Positions 1-12,600 of a DNA stretch of 64,000 nucleotides are shown piece after piece. The position numbers and the translations under genes were made by a program. Under the pieces are notes generated by a model. It ran no database searches. It saw nothing but the letters and a program-made list of their open reading frames with translations, and was not told where the DNA came from. This stretch comes from Callorhinchus milii (Eukaryota), in the NCBI RefSeq assembly GCF_018977255.1, contig NW_024704742.1, positions 129,706,001 to 129,770,000 on the forward strand. Reading direction: 5' to 3'. The number at the start of each line of letters is the position of its first letter. Within the stretch, counting starts at the first letter, position 1.

Positions 1-557
1 AGTCGGTTTGTACACAGCAGTTTTCCACAAACAGCCACAAAATGAATGATTTGTGTTTATTTAGGGAATGTTTGACAAAATTGATGTCCAGTGGCAATCG
101 TGGATGTCAGGACACAGGCTGTCAACCAACCACCCCACCCTCACCATGACTGCAAGTATTTGAGATATTAAAGAGGAGAGAAAATACAATTCCATTTAAA
201 TTTATACAGCACCTTTCACATTGGAAGGATGTCTCAAGTCTCTTCACAGTGCTGGATGGGCATCAGAGCTGAGGGTGGGAGCCGAGGGGAGGGGAAAGGG
301 TGATCAAGGAGATAAATTTCGAGATGTGCCTTGAAATAGGGGATGGTGCGAGCGAATCAGAGGGACTCCAGGACGGAGTTCCACAGGACAGGGCAAAATG
401 GCTGAAAGCCCGGATATTGGTGGTGGGGCAGGTAGGGCAGGGTTATGGTGGGGACATGAAGCAAGCCAAATAGCAAAATGCCCTCAAAACACACAAAATC
501 TAGTGAACCAGACCCATAGAGCAAGTAGAATAATCATGACCAATTGTTGGCACTCAC

Positions 558-649
558 TTTTCTGGATGATTATTGCAGCCTTATCAAGCCTTTCTATGCA
601 CTTTGCCAATTGATCTTGATGCCAATATTTAAAGAACAGGCGAGTCTTT
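558..649 (-). CDS. Myosin exon 22, end of motor and start of IQ ([30 protein letters not shown])
   Basis: CAG/GTGAGT, phase 2-1; GKT.LF.KY.H and AAI.IQ. Confidence 0.93.
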
Positions 650-3600
650 CTGTGAGGGAAAAAATGAACAGATCAGTTCACTTAAACGTCAATGGTAATA
701 AAGTTGTGAATCAACCAGTTGTTAATCCTAGGTCCCACTAAATTTAGACAGCAGTATTGTAAACTCCCAGCAACGGCAGATGGTAGTTGGTAGTTCTAAC
801 ACTGCATTATGTTAGAATGCATTGGCTAACCTTACACTATAAAAGATGCACAATACACAGTGAACAATGAGATTTTACAGACCAATACCCCAGTGAATTA
901 AACACTCTGCGACATTTGACCCTCTTGGTCTCAAACGATTAGCAAAGTTCCCTGCACCGCTATCATTTATTTCTACAGTAATCTGGACAGTATTTTGCTT
1001 GGGTATGTACCAACAGACTGTGGACAACAACAATAAAACAATTGTCATTAGGAAAGTATCTATTGCATATTTGGCACAAGACAAGAGCCAGCTCTAAAGG
1101 AAAAGGAAACAAAGAGACTTAATCTTAATTATGCAAGTCCACTGCTGATATAACGAAGTCAAAATGAAATGTGCACAAATCTTGACTGCACGTCACTCAC
1201 TACTGGTCTCAGTAATACTAGCCCTGGATCCATTTTGACTTACCCACACTTCCAGTCCTTCAGGTCTGTGGTTTGGAGAAGAGCTAGGCAACTACGAAAA
1301 ACAGAGAAGGATAATCTTAATTACACGCGTCAGCAGTGAACACTGCATTTCTTCAGAGACTAAAGTGCATTTTGTGTTCATTTTGTGCTAATTTCCCTTT
1401 TAAAGTCTTACAAGTAATTTCTCCTTTAGAAAAAAAACACATGGGACATTACCACAAAACAAAATGTGCTCATATGAGCAATTTTAATCCAAATAGGACT
1501 GCAGTTTGAGGAGTTAAAAGTTGATGGCTAGTGCAAATGATTCCATTTAGTTGCGGAAACTGGCATTGGAAGTCATATTCAGGCTGTGCTGATGCAAGTA
1601 AATGTTTATCAGGCCAGAGAATGCAAACTAAATTCCAACTCAGGTGCCTAAGGCATAGGATAACACATCAACTTTACAACAATCTCTGCTGCAATGGGAG
1701 ACACAGTGCACCACAAGGTAGAAACTAAATGGACTGTATTTTGAGAGAACAAATCAATGGAGGAATGGTAGAACAAAGAGAAAAAGTGAAAGAGGAGAAA
1801 AATGCTGTTGTTCAAAAATAACCTTTAATGTTCAAAAGCAAACTTATTTTCGATTCTACTTTTTGAAAAAATATTCAATGGCTCCATGTAAAAAGGAGCT
1901 GTGCATCCGATTACTGCTTTGTTTAGTTTAGGAGGCTTACAGCTCACATCACACTTGTAAATCTTATTTCATTAAATCATTTTTTTTAAAAAAAAATTTA
2001 CATTTGAAAAGTGTTTTTATATCAGAAGGACAACTTTATAGCGCTTTACAAGATATGGTGTAAAGTGTAGTGACTGTGAATCTTAGAGGCAAATATTAGC
2101 TATGATCCTTAATATTTAAAATGTTCCATGATTTGGGCTTATTTACCTTTCTTTTGTAAATGATATATTGGGGGTAATGAGCAATATTCCATATCTGCAA
2201 GAAAAAAAGGCAAGGATCAATATTGGATCACATCATACTACATCGCCTGTCTCACGCCCATGTGTATGGAGAAAAGGACTCAATAGAAGAAACATTAACA
2301 AGTTTCCATATATAAAAACAACATCCATTTTAGGCTAAAATGAATTCCACCACAGTGTGGTCAATCATTCAATACTAAAGGCTCTACACACCCAACGCCA
2401 ATCAGAATAGTCCATTGGCATTAAGAATTGGCTTCAGGCCTCATGGCTCTGATGTAGTTGAACGTTGAGTGGGTTAGTGAGAATGAAATGTACGTTCCAC
2501 CCATGGCTGCCCAAAGCAGAATTCAGCGAGACAAAACAACATTGTGAGGCCTTAGCTCAGCTCCCCAGAGTTATTGCTGCATTTGTACCTTTCCGCAAAC
2601 TCCTCAAAAAGCGGTCTCCACGAATATCCTTCTCTGCGGATTCGGATAGTTTCCAATAACCCATTGTATCGCAGCTGAAACAAACGGAACCAGTACAGCA
2701 TGTCAGCCATACAAGCTTAATGACGCTAAACATTTAGATCACAAGGGAGGTTTAGATGAAAATGCGCTTCCCAAATGACACTACTTAGAAATGAATGTTG
2801 TGGATCCCGGTTATTACGCGCTTCATTAAAGCACAAGTTCACTTATTTAAGCTGCAGACACACAAGTTTAAAAAAGGCTGACTTTTGGGTCATCGGGTCA
2901 CCGCTAACATCCCTTTTAATAAAAATTAATAATCTTTTTGGTTCGCCAGCCTTCATGTTGGGAGGACGTCCCAAAACATTTGACAGGGTACACTGTAAAG
3001 TGCAGTGACTGTGTTTTTGTGAGTAAACTTCCTGAACAAGAAGGTGAAGGAAGTGTTGATGCTTACTGGCCCAGCATTGTCAAACTCAGATTTGTACTGA
3101 CCTGTACGTGTGGTTCACAAACAACTGTACGAGCCACACCAAACGAAAACGACTACAACAGACATTGCATATTTGTGTATACTTATGTCGAAAACACTGG
3201 GCGTTTTCAAATATTTCACATTAATAACATAACATGTAGGAGCAAGACTAGGACATTCAGGCCTTCGAGCCTGCCCCACCATTCAATCATGGCTGATCTT
3301 CTCATCTAACTCCAGCTAATAACCTAACCCTGCCTTATTCCCATATCCCATATCCCTTAATCCCATATCCCTTAATTCAATTCAAACTTGTAGAAATTAC
3401 CACAATAGTTCATTAATTTTCAAATGTAACTTTGCAAATAAGTTAATAATGCTTGTGCAGTGGCACATGCTAGTTGCTAGTATTTAACCTTCGCCTCGCT
3501 CATGTGTCTCCTTCAAAGTTCATCTCAAGACCATGCCCCATCTGCCTATCCTCCACCCTTTTTGATTCCAACCCCTTAGCTCAGGAGTAAAATCTCAACT

Positions 3601-6600
3601 GTCCAGCATTTTGGGACATCCTTCCAATATGAAAGGTGCTATATAAATGTAATTTGTTGTTATTAGTGACATCGTGACAACATAACCGCGTAAAATTCAG
3701 CCTTTTTTTTAAAAATCACAGAACCCGGATTTCTGCACAGTGAAGCCACGGGTCGTGTGATAAGTATCGTCACAATACTGAAGTCTTGTTTTAAGGCAGA
3801 TTTGGATTGATGGACCCAAATGACCTGGTTGCAATGGGGGTTCTACTGTATACACAAGTGGGGCAGCTAATTTACACAGACAGCATCCCGTAATCAACAG
3901 TGAAATAAGTAGCTGTTAATTTGTATTTGTTGGTCGAATTGGATTTGTAGGGGAATGTAAAACAGGATAACCAAAAGAAAGCTTCAAGTTATTAGCAACA
4001 TACATACGGCGGAACCACAAGCCAAATGGAATCTAAATTAATGACACAACCAAAAACCTTTACCAGATAGGAGCATCAATACTAGAAACCAATTTATTCC
4101 AAACACACAGAACCGCACACTGAATAGCATGAGAACTCTCATCTGCACTCTGCTATTGGTATTTCCTCTCACCGTTGGTTGTACTCAAGTCACAAGACTT
4201 ACCTGATCCATCAGGAATTTGCTATCCAACTGGCTGGGTAATTTATTAGTGTTCGATTTGATGCAGCGAATGAAATGTGGGTTTGCTGCAAACATCTTCT
4301 CCATCAGCACCGATAGAGAGTGCTTCAAAAGACAAAAAGTTCCTGTCAGTGCTATATTTAGAGGGAAATATTGAGTTTTCACAACAACCAGGTTGAAATC
4401 CTACACTTTACCCCAAGTCCAATACTAGTTCATATGTTTAAACATCCCAAAGAAAACTATGATGTGAACATTCTGAGCTGCACATTTAATATCCCATCAT
4501 CTCATAAAGACTAATGTTGCAAAAACAACCCGATGGTGCATTTTCTGGTGTCCGACATTTAGAAGTGGGGGGAAAATTAGACAAGTGTTTCAGAGCTCTG
4601 TGACTCACCGAAAGAATTGGCATTTAGCAGGTCAAAAAAGCCACAACCAAATCAGTTAAAATCTACAGAAATTTCCATTTGTCTGTCTCCCATCTCTCTA
4701 CCACAAACCTTCTGATCAATGCTTTAACAAAAATATAATCCGGGTCCCATGTGTTTCAGCTAATAGTGAAGTTAGACACAGCAGTCCCCAGCCTTAGGTA
4801 AGCCTGAAGGATGAGATAATTAACCACATCAAATCTCACTAGACCACGTCTTTCCTGGGAAAAGAGGAACGGCAAGCTGTAACTCACACAATAGAACTGG
4901 CAGCGATGGCATGGTTTAATAAAATTAATACTTGAAATTAATGCCACTCTCACAGCCCAGGAAAATTTCCTCCTCAAATTTAAAACCAAACATGGTTGGA
5001 TGATTGTAACAGCTTAACAACATTAAAAAGCAACAGGAGTTCATTCTGTAGCTTTGGTGGATTTCAAGGTTCTGGTTCTGATTGTACATTGGAGAATTAA
5101 GACTATTAAACATTATATTGTTATTGTAATTGTATTTTAACTCTGCAAAGTCAGTGTAGTAACCTGTAGGGTTAAGCTGTATTTGAGAGAGAGAGAGAGA
5201 TAGAATGCTGATACTGTTGCTCAATGTGCTGGATTGCCCGATCTCTTTGATGATAAACTGCAGCCAAAATAAATGGGGCACGAAACAGCAGAATTTCCAT
5301 TTCAACATCACAGACAACATGCCAGTTCCTGAGCAAGAGCACGGCCAGCTTCACCCTGAGTACGAACAGCTCAGGATTTAGATGGTCATTAAAACATGTA
5401 AAATGCATTACAAAAAAGAATCACGTGCAGGTGTTCCCCAGGGCTCTGTCCTCAATCCTCTCCTTTTTAATATCAACAAACTCTATCACTGTTTCCAACC
5501 TCAACTCCAGGACCACTGCTGTTCTGATGGAATGTCGATCAAACATAAAATGCTGGATCAGAGCCAATTTTTTCCAGTTGAGTATTGACAAGACCGAGGC
5601 CTTCCTGCTAGAGTCCCGTCAGCACCTCCTTCATCAGATCACTGTTCACGGACGCACTGTCCCCCTCAACGAGCCAGTACGGAATCTTGGCGTCTTGTTC
5701 GACCCTCAACTGCCCTCTATACACCACATCCGTGCCATGCATTCCCCACATTGCCCACCTCCGCCACGATCTCCCTGCTCAACGGACTTCCCATTTCTTC
5801 CAATCACAAGCTGCGGGTTATTCAGAACTCTGTCACTCCCGTCCTCTCCTGTACTCATCTCTGTGACCTGATCATCCCATCTTCGCCCGGCTTCACTGGC
5901 TTCCCATCCCCCAGAGGATTGAGTTCAAGATCCTCATTCTCATTCTAAAGCCCTCCACGGTTTTGCTCCTCCCTACCTCTGCGATCCACTAAACATTTAC
6001 CAACCTGCCCACTCTATCCGCTTGACATGTACTTGCTTGCTCCACGTCCCCCGCCCAGCCCGCTCCACCACTGGCAGTTGGGCCTTGAGCCTTTCTGTCC
6101 CATCCACTGGAAATCCATCCCACATTCCCCACCCTCACCCCTTTGCTGATCTCCTTCATGGCCCGTCTCAAAACCTTCCTCTTCGACTGGGTTTCGGACA
6201 TCTACCCTCCTCCACCCCTCTTGATTCCAACCTCCAGCTTGGTTGCAAACCCTTGACTGTCAAGCGCCTTGGGACTTCCTTCCAACATGAAAGTCACTAT
6301 ATAAATGCAATTTGTCAGTGATGACAAGCTTTCACTTCTGCTCTGACTCCAACATTTAATAAAATGACCAGGAGATTGGGTGAACAAATTGCATAACAGA
6401 GGTGAAAGCCTGATGACGACAAAAACAACAAATTGCATTTATATAGCACCTTTCACATCGAGAGGATGTCCCAAGATTGTGGGCACAGAGAGACCAGGCT
6501 GAGGAGATGAGAATGAGCAGATCAGAGAGATAGGGCGGGAAGAGATTTATACGAGAACCTTGAAGTCGATCCATTCAGAGTTAGAGAGATGGGAATGTAG

Positions 6601-9600
6601 TTTGGTATGTGTGAGAAATGAGCGATGACTGTTTGGGATTTACTGTATCTTTTGGATGGTGGAGCTGGCGAGACCCCCAGTGAGGAGTGCATTTGAGAGG
6701 TCAAGGCAAGAGTTGGTAAAAGAGGTGTTTAGTGTGAGGTAGAAACGGAAGCGGGCATGTGGTGAAGGTGATGCAAAGCAGTCTTTATGGTTTTCATCTT
6801 AAGCAGTGTTGATGCTTTAGTCTTTAAAAGATCCTGTCCTCAGTTGCCTAAACTGTAACTTTGTACTGCTTCCCCTGGAACTTTTGAGATGAACTTTTTT
6901 AGGCTAATAGAGGTCAATGTCTTAACATTCAGACCATGTATTAAAAGCTCTGGATCATGCTACTGTAATAACGCACACCGACAAACAAAAAATTGTGCTA
7001 AAAAACAAGCCAGCCCAGAAGTTGGCCTCAGAGCTTCCTGTGGACAAGTGCAACAGTTCAGTATCTCGCTTCCTTTGAACAAAACACTTTCATAAAAAAA
7101 AGTTGCACCTAATTTTGATCACAATGCAAACAAATAAAGTGCAGGATTCACACATACTTTAAACTTTGCTCCGACAGATTGCTTCCTGGTGCTGTTGAAG
7201 TTGTCTTCATTTCTTTGTACTAACTGGAAAACCAAAGCAAGATATGCAGAACATGAATTCACACGCTCTAACTCTCAGCTGGAATTGTTTTCATTCATCA
7301 ATACAGTTGTGAAATAAGGGAACTGCCAGAGGAGAGCAATGAGGAATGAGCTAATGGCAAAGATTAGACATTAGGGTTCTCCCATGGTGAAAGGAGATAT
7401 CTTTCCATGCACCTTTATTGAGGGATACAATTTTTTAACATACGATTGAAAAAGCAAACATGAACGGTATTTTAGCAACACACCAAGACATTTGAGAAGT
7501 CTAGACAAGAGGGCACAGGTTTAAAGTTGCAAAGGGCAATTTTAGGACAGACACTAATAACTATTTATTTACCCAGAGGGTAATTAATGACTGAAAAAGG
7601 TTGATGGGAAGGGTGATCGAGGCGAGGACACTGGAATCATTATTTAAATAAAACAGCTTGATGCTGCAATGGAATGATGGTCGGATGCGTACTCTGGAAG
7701 GATGAGGCCAAATGGGTTAAAGGGGTTTCTTCATCTGAACTAATCTAGCGATCTGAAATAACTCACCTTTGCCCTTTGCTGAGGCATCAAGGTTCCTGTT
7801 CTTGAAACTGTAGCTGTAATTACAAATCAATATCCCAAGGAATCAGAACAATGGCATTTTTTCCACATAAACGGAAAGGAAGGCCAGGCCACAAAGTGGC
7901 AGACATATAAAACACAATGTGCCTGCAGGTTATGTTGCTCTCCAATTGTCTAAACCTGCATGTTTTTCTCCTCCTTTTCTGATCTCAAAGTCAACGCTCC
8001 TTCCACAATGTTGGTAATAAATAAAATAATAATCCTTGCATTTGATATAGTGCTTTTCAAGCCTTCGAGACATCTCAAAGTGTTTCACAGCATATACTGT
8101 AAAGTGAATTAACCGTATATTTGTAAATATTATATTGGTAACTCAGTAAAGTGTGGGAGAAATTAACCAGGTCCCACCGTTCATTCCACAGTGCAGCACA
8201 TCATCTCTCCAGGCAGACCTGCTGGAGGTTAATGACCTCTTGCAAAACGCTTACATTTGCCTGTCTGGATTCGGGTCATCAATACTGTTTGTATCTCACA
8301 TGAAATCTAAAGTTTAATGCACTTTACTCGCAATGCAAATATTCAGGACACATTTTTTTAAAAAAAAATCACAATACCAAGTCCAGCATTTGCTTACTGC
8401 CAACAATCTGAAATGATCCGCTGGAAATAGTTACCTGAAAAGAGTACACTTAGCAGAGGGGTGATGCTGTTAATGAAGAGCCCTCGAATGCTTGCTGGAA
8501 TTGTATCACGGTTCTTCTCCAGAAACCCTGATGCATTGTACAGGACCTGGGGGGACACAGGGCACAAGTTCAGCAACAACATACTTTTTTTTGTAATACT
8601 GGCCTCTAAGAAATGGTGGGGAGAATTTTCATCTGGGTCAACATTTACTCTTTTTATGCAGCATTCCATAATTTGACATATTCTTAAATACAGCCTTATT
8701 TTGAGAAGCCAGTATTTCTGTACGTTTCCTTTTTGGAATCCTGAAGCGTAATGGTGAGCACACTCGCCTCACAAGCGAGAGGACCCGGGTTCGATTCCCG
8801 GGCAGGGCGAAAACTTAGGCAAGTTTTTTACTCCACAAGCCTCTGTTTACCTAGCAGTCAGTAGCAACCTGGTTGTTGGTCGATTGGCGGATTATTTTCC
8901 GGTGGAAATAAACCCTCCTTTTTCTAAAAAGGTTTTTTTTTTCTTTTTTAAAATCTGGTCACTCAATCCACAATTGTTTGTAGGGCAATTGGCTGCCGCA
9001 TTTCACCCTCAGTTATTTCACTTTACAATATATTTTGTAAAGCGCTTTGAGAAGTCTAATCAACGTGATATCAAATGCAAAGATTATGAATATCATTAAG
9101 GGTGATATTCAATTATCTGGAGTAAAAGCCTGACATTCCAGACTAATGTTTATAATGGAGACTGTGTTGGTTTTTGACTAGATGCTTCCGAGGAGATACT
9201 CTGAGCATTTATGGTCAGATGTTAAACACCAGAGTCTGAGTGTCCTTGAGATCTGTGGCAGCATTTGGTTATACAACAGATTAAAACAAACACAACACGT
9301 GTCCCTGCTGGATTACTCGGTACCCTAAATAAGAAATGGTTTAACATCTACAAAACATACATACCTACCTACTTCCAAAGACCAGGATGTGTGTTGATAT
9401 TTAGGGACCTTAATACAGTTGGCATTTATATAAAGCCTTTCATATCGGCAGGATATCTCAGAGTGCTTCACAATGCTGGATGGCCACCCAAGATGGGGGT
9501 GGGAGCCGAGGGTGGGCTGGGGAGGAACCAATGTTAACCCAAGATTTCAACTTTTTTCCCCCCACCCACTTTGCTGTGAATGTTTCTGCTTCACACATTA

Positions 9601-12600
9601 GCCATTCCACAGCCTCTCTGAATGAGATTAACAATTACTACAATATTACAGGATTTTGTTTGCCCTAGAAACCAAATTCAAATGTGGTCGCTCAATCCAC
9701 GACTGTTTCTGGGACACTGTTGTGCGCGATTGGTTGCTGTATTTTGCCCACAAAATACACAGCCCACAAAATACAGTCAGTCCACTTTGCAGTACATTCT
9801 GTGAAATACTTTGAGACATCTCAGTGACGTGATAAGGCGCTATATTAAATGTAAGAATTATTTTATATTCTGCCAGCCATCCAGATACAGACGTCACAAA
9901 CTCACCTCACACAGCAGAGGGGAAGGAAATTTTCCATACCTGGATTGGGCTGCATTTGGACACAAACTCAGGAGGTGAAACGTTAGTGCTCTATTATTAT
10001 CATCATCATTTATAATAATAATATTTGCATTTGAAATAGCACTTTACCACGTTGTCAAAACACCTCAAAGCGCTTGACAAAGTTTTACTTGAGTGGACAA
10101 CATACAGTCTCCCTAAACCCCCGCATCATTTCTTTCAGCTCACATTCATTTTTTTACATAAATGACACACCTTTCCTGCGTAGTGCATCACTGTGAAGGC
10201 TGGGCTGCGACGTCGGTCTATTTTATAGCATGAATTGCCTTTGAAGCTGGTGTTAAGCTTATCAACAAATGTCTTGTCAGATGCCTAGAATGACGCATAG
10301 AGACACAAGATACACTTGTTAAACCTGGCCGGGGTGCAATTCGAAACCAAACACACTTCTCCAAACACCCAGATGTATTTTGACACATTCAAATGATAAA
10401 TTAAAAGGTACACACACCCACATGTATGCATGTGTGTGCACTCGCATAAAACAATTACCTGGTTAAGGTATCAAAAACATAGCCAATCCTTTTTGGGGAC
10501 TGTAATCTGCTCATCAAAATATTAAGTCTCAATGAAAAGAATAAATATTAAGAATAATAATCTTTCGATCTGATATAGCCTCCTGTGTAGTCGAAACGTC
10601 TTAACAACAACAAAATTACATTTATAGAGCGCCTTTCACTTTGGGAGGACGTCTCAAGGCGCTGGACAATCAGGGGTCAGGACCCGAGCATGGAGGAGGG
10701 GTGGGGTGAGGGAAGGCAGAGAGGTGGGAGGGCGACCGAAGGCACGACCGAAGAGAAGGGTCTTGAGACCAGCCTTGAGGGAGGCAAGGGAGGAAGCGAG
10801 GGGACTGTGGAATGAAGTTCCAGAGTGTGGGGGCACAGAAGCTGAAAGCTCGGCCACTGATGGTAGGGCAGGTCAGGCGAGAGACATGGAGCAGGCCGGA
10901 GCCCACTGAACGGAGTACTTCATAGAATTTACTGTAGTGACTGTTTTCAGGACTGGAAAAAGCCTGTGATTGCCAGCACCAGCATCGTAATTACACTTAG
11001 CCGGATACTCTGTTTTGCCAGACCAGATCTCCCCCCATTATTCCATCCAGCGAGGTTTTTGGTTCCCCCACCGCCAGCACCCACCCGGCCCCTCCTTGAC
11101 ATCAGGCTTCATCACTGCTAAGTCCTCCGAGATGCTACCCTGCGTGAAGGGCTCTATTTATTCAAGTAGTTGTTGAAAATTGTTTAGATCAAAGTAATGG
11201 ACGTGTGGAATAGTTACTCTGCTTTTGCCCTCTCTTCAATGATGATGAATATCTTACTTGTGGAAACGTGCTTTGTTCATCCAGCAGGGAAAATATTCCT
11301 AGTGGCTTTGCTAAGAAAAGATCCTGCAGGGAGAGAACATACACATGAGTAAAAGAGACTAGCAGAACAAGGAGTAATCTGACAAGTGTTAAAACATTAC
11401 TTTTACCAGTATTTCTTTGTTATCCTTGTAAGTTATGGCTTTCCATTCCAGTTCCTCTTGCTTGTACTCTTTCTGTTGCATCAAAAATATGTGCTGTCGG
11501 AAACAAACAAAACTGCACTTAATTTGGGAGGACTTCTGCGTAAGAAGTGAAAACTCAGTTGCACGCTAGTGAACAATATTGATACATCTCACCAATGTGG
11601 GGCGTTCTCTCGACATGACAGGCACTATATATATGTAAATTTGTTGTTGTTAATGGGGGTGAACACAAGGGGAATTAATTCTATTCTTTTTATTCACGGG
11701 TGTAATAGGTTTTCCACTTTAACTGTCCTTCGGATGAAACATTAACCATTCAGATGGTTGTTAAAGATCCCATGGCAAGATGAAATACAACCGAATACAG
11801 TTTTCATTTATATAGCGTCTTTCACATTAGGATTCCATAGCAATTTAGAAAAAAAATTAAGATTGAATTTAAGTATTTGCCATGATTTTGTATGATCTTT
11901 CACTTCAAAATAAAGAATAGACTCAGTGGACTTTCAGGCACCGTCATAACAGGACGTGGCTGTGGATTATTTGATACATAATTAATGTACAAACTATGAA
12001 TTATTTTTCAATCTTTGCGATTACTTACATGATTGAAGAAATACTGAAGCTGTTCATTTGCCAAATTAATGCACATCTGCTCGTACCTGTTAACTGCAAA
12101 GTTCTCAAAGCCAAAAATGTCCAATATACCTGTCAATAAAAAATTAAACCAATTCATCAATACATGGAGAGCATTATAGAGCGGCTCAAACCAGAGACAT
12201 TCAGGTGGTTCAGGAGTTTATGTGCTGAACACATTAGATCATCAAAGACAACCAACTTGCGTCCACACCAATTAGTTATGACCTCTCATAACCATTTCAG
12301 TAAAAAGGGGCAATAAATTCACCATCACTACTAAAATATTTAACAGGCAGATGTTGGAAAAAAACTATCACGTGGAGAGTAATTGAATGCTTTGCCTCAA
12401 GTGACTTAGAAAGCTTAGACTATAACAACGGGACCTGGATAAACATTTGAACAGAAGCAATATAAAAGGGAAAAGAGAAGGGACTCAAAAATCCATTATC
12501 AACATTGAAAGTTGTTTATATACCCTGCTCAGGTGGCGAGGTTCACATTTGAATGCTGGAAAGAGCAAGACACATTTAATCCTGGCTAATCTATCAGTAT

